A stretch of 64,000 nucleotides of DNA from contig CP064983.1 of NCBI GenBank assembly GCA_016699635.1, forward strand, positions 3,176,078-3,240,077, in the 5' to 3' direction. Below the pieces are notes generated by a model. That model was given only the letters and a program-made list of their open reading frames with translations. It made no database searches and had not been told where the DNA came from. This stretch comes from Bacteroidota bacterium (lineage in GTDB: Bacteria > Bacteroidota > Bacteroidia > AKYH767-A > OLB10). Below, one piece after another: positions 9,809 to 21,288 of the stretch. The position numbers and the translations under genes were made by a program. Each line of letters starts with the position of its first letter. The stretch's first letter is position 1.

Positions 9809-11809
9809 ATGACGCATAAACACATTTACGACTCCAGCGGAAAACAACTTTGTTGTACTCTTGAAGATAATATTTATGAAAATGCAGGTCGTGTTGATTT
9901 GAAAGAAAATCACGATCACAATGATCATGACCATACGCATCATGAGTCCGGTATGTTTTCAATATATCTGCCCGGATTAGTTTCTTTAGTGCTTCTTCTG
10001 GCAGGAATGCATTTTGATTATTGGAATACCTTCTCCTGGTTTAATGGGTGGATTCGTTTAGTTTGGTATATAATAGCCTATATCCCGGTTGGATTTCCTG
10101 TAATCAAGGAAGCTTATATTGGAATTACAAAAGGAAATATTTTTTCTGAGTTTTTTCTGATGACAATAGCTACCGTTGGTGCATTTGCAATAAAAGAATA
10201 TCCTGAAGGTGTTGCTGTAATGTTATTCTATGCTGTGGGAGAATTACTTCAGACAATGGCTGTAAGAAGAGCAAAATCAAATATTAAAACCTTACTTGAT
10301 CAACGTCCTGATGTTGCAACAGTATTACGAAATAGTAACACTGTTTCTGTAGATGCTAACGATGTTGGCATTGGCGAAGTAATACTTTTAAAACCAGGCG
10401 AAAAGTTAGCACTTGATGGTATTTTACTTTCTGATAACGGAACTTTTAACACTGCTGCACTAACAGGAGAGAGTATGCCCGATGCAAAAGTGAAAGGAGC
10501 TTCAGTTCTTGCAGGCATGATTAACCTTAATACTGTTGTAAAAATTAAAGTCACAGCCGCTTATGAAGATAGCAAGTTGAGCAAGATGCTTGAATTAATT
10601 CAAAATGCATCTGCACAGAAAGCTCCCACTGAATTATTCATCAGAAAATTTGCAAAAGTTTATACCCCTATTGTTGTTGGACTTGCTGTTGCCATCACTT
10701 TATTGCCCTACTTTTTTGCTCATGAGTATATTTTTCGTGATTGGTTTTACAGAGCTTTAATATTTTTAGTCATATCATGTCCTTGTGCATTGGTAATAAG
10801 TATTCCTTTAGGATACTTTGGAGGCATTGGCGCTGCCGGCCGGAATGGTATTTTGGTTAAAGGCAGTAATTATTTAGATGTACTTGCATCGGTGCAGCAT
10901 GTTGTGATGGACAAAACCGGAACAATTACTGAAGGCGTATTTAAAGTTCAGGAAGCTTTAATTTTTCCGGAAGAAAATAGAAATAAAATTTTGCAAATGG
11001 TTAATGCGCTTGAAAAACACAGTACACATCCTGTTGCAACAGCCATTCACAACTATGTTTCAAATACCTCAACAATTGAACTGGAAAAGGTAGAGGAAAT
11101 TTCAGGTCATGGAATGAAAGCATTTGTTAATGGCAAAGAGTTGTTAGTAGGAAATTTCAAGCTTTTATCCTTACATAACATATCATTTAATGTTGATCCT
11201 GCTACCATAAAGCATACCGTCATTGCCATTGCTTTTGATAGAAAATTTGCAGGCTACATCATCATTGCAGATAGCATTAAAACCGATGCTGCCGCTGCCA
11301 TACAAAAATTAAAACAGATGCATGTAGATGTTACGATGTTGAGTGGTGATAAAACAACTGTTGTAAATTCAGTTGCTGAGCAAACAGCAATTTCTCATGC
11401 TTATGGTGAGTTACTGCCTGAGGATAAAGTTGAAAAAGTTAAATCCATAATCAATCAAAAACAAACAGTAGCTTTTGTTGGTGATGGTGTTAATGATGCA
11501 CCCGTTATTGCATTAAGTCATGTTGGTATTGCAATGGGTGGACTTGGCAGCGATACTACTATTGAAACTGCAGATGTTGTAATTCAGGATGACAACCCGA
11601 TTAAAATTCCTTTAGCAATAAATATTGGAAAGCAAACAAAGAAAGTGGTCTGGCAAAATATCACTATGGCGTTTGTAATAAAAGCAATAGTTTTAATATT
11701 AGGCTCAGGTGGATTGGCAACTATGTGGGAAGCAGTGTTTGCAGATGTTGGTGTTGCACTATTAGCAATCATCAATGCAATGCGTTTATTAAAAATGAGA
11801 TTCGATTAG
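9809..11809 (+). CDS. Heavy-metal (Zn/Cd/Pb-type) P1B-type ATPase
   Basis: It has an N-terminal His-rich segment HDHNDHDHTHHE, the CPC motif SCPCALVIS, DKTGTIT and the hinge VGDGVNDAP. Confidence 0.9.
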   Translation: MTHKHIYDSSGKQLCCTLEDNIYENAGRVDLKENHDHNDHDHTHHESGMFSIYLPGLVSLVLLLAGMHFDYWNTFSWFNGWIRLVWYIIAYIPVGFPVIKEAYIGITKGNIFSEFFLMTIATVGAFAIKEYPEGVAVMLFYAVGELLQTMAVRRAKSNIKTLLDQRPDVATVLRNSNTVSVDANDVGIGEVILLKPGEKLALDGILLSDNGTFNTAALTGESMPDAKVKGASVLAGMINLNTVVKIKVTAAYEDSKLSKMLELIQNASAQKAPTELFIRKFAKVYTPIVVGLAVAITLLPYFFAHEYIFRDWFYRALIFLVISCPCALVISIPLGYFGGIGAAGRNGILVKGSNYLDVLASVQHVVMDKTGTITEGVFKVQEALIFPEENRNKILQMVNALEKHSTHPVATAIHNYVSNTSTIELEKVEEISGHGMKAFVNGKELLVGNFKLLSLHNISFNVDPATIKHTVIAIAFDRKFAGYIIIADSIKTDAAAAIQKLKQMHVDVTMLSGDKTTVVNSVAEQTAISHAYGELLPEDKVEKVKSIINQKQTVAFVGDGVNDAPVIALSHVGIAMGGLGSDTTIETADVVIQDDNPIKIPLAINIGKQTKKVVWQNITMAFVIKAIVLILGSGGLATMWEAVFADVGVALLAIINAMRLLKMRFD

Positions 11810-11871
11810 TATTAACGAATCAGCCAATAATATAAACCTATTTAGAAAGAATTAATCAGTAAAAAATGTTT

Positions 11872-12831
11872 TTAGTTCTTTCGAACAACACCCATAGAAC
11901 AGAATTTATCAATTCTGTTGTTAACCCTGTCAGCATCAGATACAGTAAGTAAGGCACCTAACTGAACATTAATTTCTTTTTTTACGGTTGCAAAAATTTC
12001 TTCCGGATTACTATGCGCACTACCTGCTGGTTCTTTAATAATGCCATCAATTAATTTTAAATCGAGCATGTCATTGGCAGTAAGTTTAAGCGCATTGGCT
12101 GCCTTTTCTTTATTATCCCAGTTGCGCCATAAAATACTGGAACATGACTCAGGCGAAATTACAGAGTACCATGTGTTTTCAAGCATCATTACTTTATCGC
12201 CTACACCAATTCCTAATGCACCACCGGATGCACCTTCGCCAATGATAATACAAATAACAGGCACCTTTAAAATTGACATTTCATAAAGATTGCGAGCAAT
12301 AGCTTCACCCTGTCCGCGTTCTTCTGCTTCAAGTCCGGGATAGGCACCCGGAGTGTCAATGAAAGTAACAATGGGCTTATTAAACTTTTCAGCAAGTTTA
12401 AACAGACGTAATGCTTTTCTATAACCTTCCGGGTTGGGCATACCGAAGTTACGATATTGCCTGGACTTTGTATTGTGTCCCTTTTGCTGACCAACAAACA
12501 TAATTGTTCTTCCATCAACAGTACCAAAACCTCCTATCATTGCTTTATCGTCCTTAACATTTCTGTCACCATGCAATTCAATAAAAGTATTGTCGGTAAT
12601 AGCATTTATATAATCGAGAGAATACGGTCTGTCCGGGTGACGACTTAATTGAACACGTTGCCACGGTGTCAGGTTTGAATAGATTTGCTTTTTTGCTACC
12701 TGAATTTTTTCCTCAATCTCAGTTAAAAGATTGTTTACATCTATTTTTCCTTTATTGCCTATTTGTTTTGTTTTTTCCAATTGTTCGTATAACTCTTCAA
12801 TTGGCTTTTCAAAATCAAGATAATTGGACAT
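11872..12831 (-). CDS. accA: Acetyl-CoA carboxylase carboxyltransferase subunit alpha
   Basis: It has the 319-aa AccA fold throughout ([19 protein letters not shown]...[13 protein letters not shown]...[11 protein letters not shown]). Confidence 0.9.
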   Translation of the reverse strand: MSNYLDFEKPIEELYEQLEKTKQIGNKGKIDVNNLLTEIEEKIQVAKKQIYSNLTPWQRVQLSRHPDRPYSLDYINAITDNTFIELHGDRNVKDDKAMIGGFGTVDGRTIMFVGQQKGHNTKSRQYRNFGMPNPEGYRKALRLFKLAEKFNKPIVTFIDTPGAYPGLEAEERGQGEAIARNLYEMSILKVPVICIIIGEGASGGALGIGVGDKVMMLENTWYSVISPESCSSILWRNWDNKEKAANALKLTANDMLDLKLIDGIIKEPAGSAHSNPEEIFATVKKEINVQLGALLTVSDADRVNNRIDKFCSMGVVRKN

Positions 12832-12924
12832 GTTTTCTTTTTATTTGCAATGACAAAAGTAGCATAATTTGATTATGTCTGATGATTGTTAAAACTTATC
12901 GAAAATTTATCTTTGCCGGCACTT

Positions 12925-13749
12925 ATGCTTAATTTTCCAAATGCCAAAATTAATCTCGGGTTATTTATAACCTCTCGTTTTGACGATGGTTATCATGCAT
13001 TGGAAACATTGTTCTATCCTATCAACTGGTGCGATATTTTAGAAATAACTGAGAATAAAAATTATAGCAAATCACAACCTAAAGTAAATTTATATATATC
13101 AGGATTGGCAGTTGATGGGCCTACTGATCAGAATTTATGCAGCAAAGCCTATCACCTTCTAAAAGAAAAATTCAATCTTCCACCTGTAAATATATTTCTG
13201 CATAAACAAATACCAACCGGTGCTGGACTTGGTGGCGGATCATCCGATGGTGCACACACACTACTCCTTTTGAATAAATTGTTTGATTTAAAACTGAGTA
13301 ATGAAGATCTCTCTGTATTTGCCTTAAATCTGGGTTCTGATTGTCCTTTTTTTATCTCCAACAAACCATCATTTGCCTTTTCAAAAGGTGAAATATTAAA
13401 ACCTGCACCAACAGTATTAGAGGGTAATTTTATAGTTGTAATAAAACCTTCTGTTTCTGTATCAACAGCTATGGCATACAGTCAGGTCAAACCTGATAAG
13501 CCCAATAAGAGTCTTACAGAAATTTTAAACTTACCCAAAATCCAATGGAAAGATTTTCTGAAAAACGATTTTGAAAAAACTATTTTACCACAATTTCCAC
13601 AAATAGAAAAACTAAAAACTAACCTCTATCAGGCCGGTGCTTATTATGCTTCAATGAGTGGCAGCGGCTCTGCTGTTTTCGGATTGTTTCATGATGAAGT
13701 TAAATTGTCTTTTCTGAAGGATGAGCAGCATCATTCAGCGTGGCTTTAA
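12925..13749 (+). CDS. ispE: 4-diphosphocytidyl-2-C-methyl-D-erythritol kinase
   Basis: The GHMP kinase motif is PTGAGLGGGSSDGA and the N-terminus is FPNAKINLGL. The ORF-track start at 12886 is a TTG; the ATG at 12925 is more plausible. Confidence 0.85.
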   Translation: MLNFPNAKINLGLFITSRFDDGYHALETLFYPINWCDILEITENKNYSKSQPKVNLYISGLAVDGPTDQNLCSKAYHLLKEKFNLPPVNIFLHKQIPTGAGLGGGSSDGAHTLLLLNKLFDLKLSNEDLSVFALNLGSDCPFFISNKPSFAFSKGEILKPAPTVLEGNFIVVIKPSVSVSTAMAYSQVKPDKPNKSLTEILNLPKIQWKDFLKNDFEKTILPQFPQIEKLKTNLYQAGAYYASMSGSGSAVFGLFHDEVKLSFLKDEQHHSAWL

Positions 13750-14482
13750 TTACTTTTTGCAAGCATAAAGGTGCCATAAAGATTAAAAAACACCTGCTTA
13801 TTTTTGGCAAATGCCATAATAGGAATAGTTTTGGTATAAGCATCAAGCATCACCCCTACTTCAACTGCAGTTATTCCATCGTTCATGATGTTGTATTCAA
13901 ACATCACACCTGACTTTAAAAATAAGCCTGGATATAGTTTCAACTCATCCAAACCTTTTGTAAATTCTGCCTTGCCATAAATACTTTGTCTGTCATGATT
14001 TTGATTGTTAGGGTCATATTTTTCAACCACACGTTGACCGTTTCCTGTTGCAAAAATTAAATACACAGGCTTTGTAAACCCTAATGATGGACCACCTGTT
14101 GAATTCCATCTTATCTCGAAATGTCTGCGTTCTGCTTTATCAAACAAAACACGCTCATAACAAAATCCACCATGCATTACCAACAGCGAATTCATTTTTC
14201 CAAAAACAAAAGTTTTAGGTCGCTCCGAAAGATAGCTGACTGACTTGTACTCTTTCGGATGTTTCATGCTCACAATTTCTATTTCGTACATCCTTTTGCG
14301 ACTTACTGTCAGATTTTTCCTTTGCGAAACATAAAACCCCAGCCGCTGCTGTGCAAGGTTGCACCGATTGAATATTCATTGGTATAACGCAAGGGCAAAT
14401 CCTCAACATAATCGTAACGCACATCTTGTGCTATTACACCAAATGATAACAGAAAAAATATTACTGTCAGCCTTAATTGCAT
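13746..14482 (-). pseudogene. Secreted hypothetical protein with a 1-bp frameshift
   Basis: A signal-peptide ORF MQLRLTVIFFLLSFGVIAQ... starts at 14482 and stops at a TGA at 14309-14311 inside aaaggaaaaatc. The 181-aa ORF 13746..14291 continues in the -1 frame, which is open through the junction. Confidence 0.45.
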
Positions 14483-14585
14483 TGAGCAAAAATAAATTAT
14501 TTTTATTTCAGCCGTTAAATCAGGGCTTTATCATGCTGATTATTTTTAAACATCTAAATTACTGCTGAAAAACTAATTTTGTATC

Positions 14586-14879
14586 ATGTTCAGAAAGACA
14601 AATGAGGAAAGCCTGAAAGAGGTAATTGAGCAACTGTTGGAGACATATAAACTGCGCGACAAACTCAATCAGGTAAAACTGCAACGCAGTTGGGATGAAA
14701 TTATGGGCGAAATGATTAGTAAAAGAACAGAAAAGCTTATTCTGAAAGATCATACATTGTATATCTATCTCAATTCTGCACCTTTAAAAGAGGAACTCAG
14801 TTATGGTCGTGAAAAAATTGTTCAGATGCTTAACACTGCCCTCGAAGGTGGTTTTATTAAAGAGGTTGTTATCAGATAA
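14586..14879 (+). CDS. DUF721 domain protein
   Basis: The 97-aa sequence pattern is typical of DUF721. Confidence 0.55.
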   Translation: MFRKTNEESLKEVIEQLLETYKLRDKLNQVKLQRSWDEIMGEMISKRTEKLILKDHTLYIYLNSAPLKEELSYGREKIVQMLNTALEGGFIKEVVIR

Positions 14880-14906
14880 GTCCAAATTCTAATTAGAATG
14901 ACAAAT

Positions 14907-14937
14907 AAAAAAGCTGCCTCTTTTGAAGCAGCTTTTA
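14907..14937. terminator. Bidirectional rho-independent terminator between DUF721 (+) and tRNA-Lys (-)
   Basis: aaaagctgc-ctcttttgaa-gcagctttt, flanked by A-run and T-run. Confidence 0.6.
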
Positions 14938-14942
14938 TCTTG

Positions 14943-15015
14943 TGATCCCGCTGGGGCTCGAACCCAGGACCCCTACATTAAAAGTGTAATGCTCTACCAG
15001 CTGAGCTACGGAATC
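14943..15015 (-). tRNA. tRNA-Lys (anticodon TTT)
   Basis: The reverse complement folds as a cloverleaf: GATTCCG-TA-GCTC-AGCTGGTA-GAGC-A-TTACA-CTTTTAA-TGTAG-GGGTC-CTGGG-TTCGAGC-CCCAG-CGGGATC-A. The anticodon loop is CTTTTAA. Confidence 0.9.
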
Positions 15016-15104
15016 GGGATTTTTAATAACGAGGGCGCAAAAGTATTGTTATCCGTTTTAAATAACAAAAGATTTTTGCTTTTTTATTAACAATAAGCGA
15101 CTTT

Positions 15105-16273
15105 TTATGCAAAAATCGGATGTCTTTCAAAAGGTTTATTACGGTCAAAAAGATATCTATAAGTAATTAATGTCCTGCTGCGCCATGACCCTAACGACTC
15201 TGCCACAGATACCATTTTGGGATTGAAATCGCCTATCCATTGTAACTCACAATCTTCGTACTTGGTCTCATTCATAATATGAGCTGTACCATCTACAATC
15301 ATAAAACTGTCAATACCCTTGCCCTGAAATTCAGGAATTACGCCAAACACAAGCCCAATCATTCTCTTAGAAACTTTTCGCTTTAGCATCAACATCAACC
15401 TTAGCTTTTCAAACCATCCAAATTTGCCATTGAAGTATTTGAATATTTGATTGATATCAGGCAGATTGACCCAAAATGCTACAGGCTCGTTTTTATAATA
15501 CACATACCAGATTATTTTTTCATCAATTACCGGTTTCATTTTTTTGAAAAATTGCTGTACTTGCTTTGATTCCAACTCCTTGCCGCTACCATGTTTTATC
15601 CAGGCTTTATTATAGATTGTTCTGAAATCTTCAGCAAATTTTTCTAATTGCGATTTCTTAATGTGAACAGCTTTAAAATCCTTATTTGCTTTTATCAATG
15701 CATGACGTTCGTAAAACTTTTCGTCTAACTGATTTCTTACTTTTAACCCATAGCAATACTGCTTGAAATATATTTCAAAACCATAAGACTCAAAAAATTC
15801 CTGATAATAGGTTGGATTATAATTCATTTTATAGGGTGGCTCATGAAAACCATCAGTAAGCAATCCCCACCAACTGTCACGCTCACCAAAATTTATCGAT
15901 CATCCATTGCCTCCATGCCTCTTGAAATTAGCCATTCTTTTGCTGTATCAAAAAGTTTAAATGCAACTTCTTTATCATCAATACACTCAAAAAGCCCATG
16001 CCTCCGGTCGGTTGTTTATTATTCTTGGTCGCAGTTTTTATCAATAAATGCTGCAATGCGTCCAACAACTTTATTACTACTGTTCCTTAAAATCCATCGG
16101 GTACACTCCCCATGTCTGAAAAATTTATTTTTTGTAGCATCAAAAACAGATTCAATGTCATTGTCTAATGGCTGAATCCAGTTAGCATCTGAAGCATAAA
16201 TCTGCTTGAGAAGTAATAAAAAATCTTTCTTATGTGCGGCATGATTAACTTCAATAACTTGCATAGGCTGCAA
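15105..16273 (-). pseudogene. Acyl-CoA N-acyltransferase-like (GNAT/FemAB-like) protein, ~370 aa, broken in three frames
   Basis: The N-terminal ORF 16019..16273 (…GRIAAFIDKN) and the C-terminal ORF 15105..15863 (WGLLTDGFHEPPY…) are joined by a third-frame segment RRHGLFECIDDKEVAFKLFDTAKEWLISRGMEAMD. This needs two frameshifts. Confidence 0.4.
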
Positions 16274-16315
16274 AACTACTTATTTTTGCCATGAGCATTT
16301 TATACATTTTTTTCA

Positions 16316-17071
16316 TTGAAAAATAAAGTTGTCATTATTACAGGAGCCACATCAGGAATTGGAAATGCCTGTGCACGATATTTCGCACAGCAAGGATGTC
16401 ACATCGTTATTGCAGCACGCAATGAAGAGAAACTTAACCGCATTGGCAATGAGTTGAAATCTCTTTATGGCAACTGTTTATCCATTAAGACCGATGTTGC
16501 TTTAGAAGATGACTGTAAAAATCTTATTCAAAAAACTATAGATACATACAACCGAATTGATATTCTGATTAACAATGCCGGAATTTCTATAGCGCTTCTG
16601 CTGAATGATGTTTCATTGAACGTGATGCATCAGGTGATGGATATTCATTTTTGGGGGACAGTTTATTGCACAAAATATGCACTCCCCTATCTTTTAAAAT
16701 CACAAGGCTCTGTAGTGGGTGTATCATCCATTGCCGGAAAGATAGGACTACCTGCACGTTGTGCTTATAGTGCAAGTAAATTTGCTATGGAAGGCTTTTT
16801 AGAATCTTTGCGTATTGAAAACTTAAAAAACAATTTACATGTTTTAGTTGCAGCACCGGGCTATACGGCAAGTAATATCCGAAATACTGCATTAAATAAA
16901 GATGGTCAGCAGCAGGAAGAATCTCCATTGGACGAATCTAAATTAATGAAACCCGAAACTGTAGCTTACGAAATTTACAATGCTGTTTTACATCGCAAAC
17001 GTGACCTTGTGTTAACCACCAATGGCAAACTTACAGTATGGCTAACAAATTTTTCCAAGCTGGCTGGATAA
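16316..17071 (+). CDS. SDR-family short-chain dehydrogenase/reductase
   Basis: Motifs TGATSGIGNA, NNAG and the catalytic YSASK are present. Confidence 0.85.
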   Translation: MKNKVVIITGATSGIGNACARYFAQQGCHIVIAARNEEKLNRIGNELKSLYGNCLSIKTDVALEDDCKNLIQKTIDTYNRIDILINNAGISIALLLNDVSLNVMHQVMDIHFWGTVYCTKYALPYLLKSQGSVVGVSSIAGKIGLPARCAYSASKFAMEGFLESLRIENLKNNLHVLVAAPGYTASNIRNTALNKDGQQQEESPLDESKLMKPETVAYEIYNAVLHRKRDLVLTTNGKLTVWLTNFSKLAG

Positions 17072-17130
17072 AATAGTTTATAATTTCGTAGCTAAAGAAC
17101 CCGACTCACCATTTAAATAATCAAATTAAA

Positions 17131-17661
17131 ATGTCAATAAGAACAATTATATTCAGTGCACTATCCTGTATTTTACTTGCATCATGCACCAATACCAAGC
17201 AGCAGTTAAAAGATGAAATAGACTCTAAAGAAAAACTTTTGTACGAGAATAAAAACGGACGAATTAATACAAAACTGGCTCGCGAAGTAATTATTCATTA
17301 CCGCTATTATGCAGAAAAATTCCCTGACGATTCTTTGTCAGTTGAGTATCTTTTTAAAGCAGGCGATGTTTCTGTGGGTATTGCTGCTTATGATAATGCA
17401 TTGGAGTATTTCAAAATCATTACAGAGAAATATCCAAAAAGTAACAGAGCTGCCTACTCACTCTTTCTGCAAGGATATATAAGTGAAAATAATCTGGAAG
17501 ACACATTAAACGCCAGAAAATATTATAATGAGTTTTTGGAAAAATATCCCAACAATGAAATGGCTGAAAGCGCTCGTTTCTCAATTTTAAATCTTGGAAA
17601 AAGTGCAGAAGATGTAATGAAGCAAATTGACGGAAACAAAGACTCAATTTCTGAAAAATAA
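17131..17661 (+). CDS. TPR-repeat lipoprotein
   Basis: The signal peptide carries the lipobox LLASC, followed by TPR-like repeats. Confidence 0.6.
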   Translation: MSIRTIIFSALSCILLASCTNTKQQLKDEIDSKEKLLYENKNGRINTKLAREVIIHYRYYAEKFPDDSLSVEYLFKAGDVSVGIAAYDNALEYFKIITEKYPKSNRAAYSLFLQGYISENNLEDTLNARKYYNEFLEKYPNNEMAESARFSILNLGKSAEDVMKQIDGNKDSISEK

Positions 17662-17663
17662 TT

Positions 17664-19603
17664 ATGACAAAAAACAAGAAACAGAAAGAGAGTATTGCAG
17701 AAGCACATCAGAAAAAACAACAGCAGAAAGCTGATGAAGCAAGAAACCATAAGATTAAAATTCTTCGCAGGATACTTGCCTTAATTTGTGGATTGTGTGG
17801 TGTGATATTATATTTAAACACATTGCATCATGGGTTTGTATTAGATGATTTTTCTGTAATTCTTGAAAACCGCATTACGAAGCAAGGCTTAAAAGCGATA
17901 CCTCAGATTTTTTCTACCTCCTACAGAAGTGGATATTATTTAGGTACTGATGAACTGTATCGTCCTATACCTAAATCAATCTTTGCCATTTCATGGAATT
18001 GGTTTGGTAACAATCCTCTTCCACTCCATTTGTTGAATATTGTTCTTTTCGGAATTACGGGCATCGTGTTGTTTAATTTTTGTTACTTACTTTTTCCAAA
18101 TCTGGTTTTTTCTTTCATAGCATCAATGTTGTTTATGTTTCACCCTGCGCACAGAGGTTGTTGCCAACATAAAAAGTGTTGATGAAATACTTAGTTTTTT
18201 GCTATGTATTTCTGCATGTATTTTTCTGGCAAGATATGTTCAGACAAAAAGAATTTCTGAATTAGTTTTAACTTCAGTCTGTTTTTTTGCTGCCCTGCTT
18301 TCAAAAGAATCATCTATTACTTTTTAGCAGTTTTTCCGTTGCTGATTTTATTGAAGTCTGACAAAAAGGAAACATCATACAATTGGAGTGTTGAATTAAA
18401 ACCCATGTTGACACTAACAGCATTTGCACTGTTATTTCTGATGATTCGTCATTCTGTTCTCAGTAAGATAGCAAGTGGTGATCCATCTATTGCAGACAAC
18501 TTGTTGATGGCTGCAAAATCTTCTGATCAGAAATTTGCTACTGCCGTTATGATTTTAGGAATGTATTTAAAGCTACTTTTTATTCCTCATCCCCTTGTTT
18601 TTGATTATTCCTATAATCAAATTCCATTAGTTGGTATGGGAAACATCTGGTTTCTTCTTTCTCTATTAATTCATGTCGGATTATTAGTTTGGGCTATTTT
18701 ATTATTGAAGAAAAATAAATTGTTGTCATTTATTATTCTGTTTTATTTTATTTCGATGAGCATCTATTCCAACATTTTTTATGTGATAGGCTCATCGTTT
18801 GGAGAACGTTTTTTATACACTGCAAGTTTTGGCTTTTGTATGGCTGTAGCTTATGCATTTTCATTATTAAGTAAAAATCAGAATGTTGAAACTGTTTCTT
18901 CTTTTTCAAAAACAACCTGACTGTCTTTCTAATATTCCTTCCTGTTGCCTTTGCATTTGGCTATAAAACCATCACCAGAAACACTGTCTGGAAGTCGAAC
19001 TACACTTTGTATGCTAATGATGTTAACCTTTCTCCCAACAGTACGAGAACGCACTATTATTATGGCAATCTTTTGGCAAAAGACGATTTTCAAAAAGACA
19101 AAACAGATCAGGAAAAAGACTCTATTCAAAAACTTGCATTGAGTGAACTAGAAAAATCTGTTGCTATTTTCCCGTTTGGCGATGCCTATAATCAAATGGG
19201 AATTATTTATGATAAAAGAAAAGAATTTAAGAAATCATTCGAGAGCTATCAACAAGCAATGAAGGCTGCACCTAACGACCCGATGATTCAAAACAATTTA
19301 GGCTCATTGTATTTCAATATGGGGCAGATACCTGAGGCAAAAGCATGTTATGAAAAAGCTGTTCAATTGAATCCTTCATACTCCGAAGCGTTGATGAATT
19401 TAGGCAGCGCCTGCGGCATGATGAAACAATATGATGATGCTGTAACAAACTATTTAAAAGCAATTAAATTTGATCCTAATCTGGCGCAGGCATATTATTA
19501 TCTCGGCTTAACCTATCGTTTTAAAGGCGATCAGCAAAATTCTGAATTCTATTATAATCAGGCAGCAAAAATGGATCCTGAAAAATACGGTAAGAAGAAA
19601 TAA
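17664..19603 (+). pseudogene. Polytopic membrane protein (DUF1736 / TMTC-like O-mannosyltransferase-like core) with C-terminal TPR repeats, fragmented into >=3 ORFs
   Basis: ORFs 17664..18182, 18339..18920 and 19007..19603 read as successive parts of one protein: a membrane core, more TM helices, then TPR repeats (AYNQMGIIY...AYYYLGLTY). Confidence 0.45.
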
Positions 19604-19605
19604 AA

Positions 19606-19629
19606 AAAGCTGCCTTTGCAGACAGCTTT
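19606..19629. terminator. Hairpin between convergent genes
   Basis: aaagctg-cctttgcaga-cagcttt. Confidence 0.45.
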
Positions 19630-19651
19630 AAGTTTGATTATTATATTGCGA

Positions 19652-20357
19652 TTACTTATCAATAGAAATTAATTCAACTTCAAAAACCAATGTTTCATTT
19701 GGACCATGGCTCCACCTGCTCCACTTTCGCCATAAGCTAAGTTTGCAGGAATAAACAACTTCCATTTAGAACCAACAGGCATCAATTGCAATGCTTCTGT
19801 CCATCCCGGTATTACCTGATTAACGCCAAACTGCGCAGGTTGACCTCTTTCAACAGAACTATCAAATACTTTACCATCAATGGTTGTTCCATGATAATGT
19901 GTAGTTACTTTATCTGTAGCTGCTGGTTTTGGACCGGTACCTTCTTTAATAATTTCATACTGAATACGCTTGGCAATGTTACCACACCTTTGCGTTTACC
20001 ATTCTCTTCTAAGAATTTTTTACCTTTTTCTAAGTTAACACCGGCTTTTGCTTTCGCTTCCTGATCTTTTACTTTTTGTTTTTCGCCCATATACGCTCCA
20101 ATGCAAGCCTGAACTTGCTCCATGGTTAAGGCGGTTTTTTCACCTTTCAAAGCTTCGGAAATACCTCTTGAAATCAAGTCAACATTCATGTCGGTTAGTC
20201 CGTCTTTTTTCATGTTTTCGCCAATAGAAACTCCTATACCATAGCTTACAGAGTCTAAATTGGTTGTGATGGCTTGTGATCCACCTGTGTTTTTCTGTCC
20301 ACATGCGCTGAACGCCATTGCCAGAAAACTAAAAACTGTTACATTAAATTTATTCAT
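19652..20357 (-). pseudogene. FKBP-type peptidyl-prolyl cis-trans isomerase lipoprotein (FkpA/FklB-like) with a frameshift near 19985
   Basis: The 150-aa ORF has lipobox AFSAC and an FkpA-like N-domain. The FKBP domain continues in another frame to the stop at 19652 (...[85 protein letters not shown]...). Confidence 0.7.
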
Positions 20358-20578
20358 TATTTGCTTTTTTAAAATCCGCGCAAATATAGACTTATATCAT
20401 TTGCAATTTCATTCCTTAGAAAATAAAACTGAGTTTCTTTCATTCACATTTTGAATGTTAATAACTCTGTATGAATAGCCCGTTAACTTGACATTTTGTT
20501 TATAATTTTATGAAAGTGCAAACCATAATGAAGCTATTTTTGTGAATTGCTAAAAAGTGAAGTATTGTACTGATTAAG

Positions 20579-21259
20579 ATGAAAATTACTTACTACGGTC
20601 ATTCTTGTTTTCTGCTCGAAGTTGCCTCCAAACGCATACTGTTCGACCCATTTATTACCGGCAATCCATTAGCCGTTAGTATTAAGATTCAGAGCATTAA
20701 GGCTGATTATATCCTCATTTCTCATGGACATGGCGATCACATTGGCGATGCTGTTGAAATTGCACGCCAAACAAATGCTTTGGTAATCAGTAATTTTGAA
20801 ATCTGTAATTGGATTCAGGACAAAGGCATCAATCAGGTACATAGTATGAATATTGGTGGGCACAAACTTTTTGACTTCGGTAAGTTGAAATGTGTAAACG
20901 CCATCCACAGCAGTTCGTTCCCTGATGGTTCTTATGGTGGTAATCCAATGGGATTTTTATTAGAAACAGCAGAAGGAAACCTCTACTATTCCGGTGATAC
21001 GGCTCTAACCTACGACATGAAACTTATTGGAGATTATAAAAGAATTGACCTGTGCATGCTTCCTATCGGCAATAATTTTACCATGGGAATTGACAATGCT
21101 TTAATTGCTTCGGAGTTTGTAAAATGCGACCGCATTATTGGAATGCATTACGACACATTCGAGCCGATAAAAATTGATCATGCAGAAGCAAAGGACAAAT
21201 TCAGTAATGCTGGTAAGGAACTCATTTTAATGAACATTGGCAGTACAATGACTTTTTAA
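20579..21259 (+). CDS. Metal-dependent hydrolase, MBL fold (UPF0173-like)
   Basis: Motifs ISHGHGDHIGD and YYGHSCF are present. Confidence 0.75.
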   Translation: MKITYYGHSCFLLEVASKRILFDPFITGNPLAVSIKIQSIKADYILISHGHGDHIGDAVEIARQTNALVISNFEICNWIQDKGINQVHSMNIGGHKLFDFGKLKCVNAIHSSSFPDGSYGGNPMGFLLETAEGNLYYSGDTALTYDMKLIGDYKRIDLCMLPIGNNFTMGIDNALIASEFVKCDRIIGMHYDTFEPIKIDHAEAKDKFSNAGKELILMNIGSTMTF

Positions 21260-21288
21260 AAATATATACAATAGAAAAAATAAAATAA

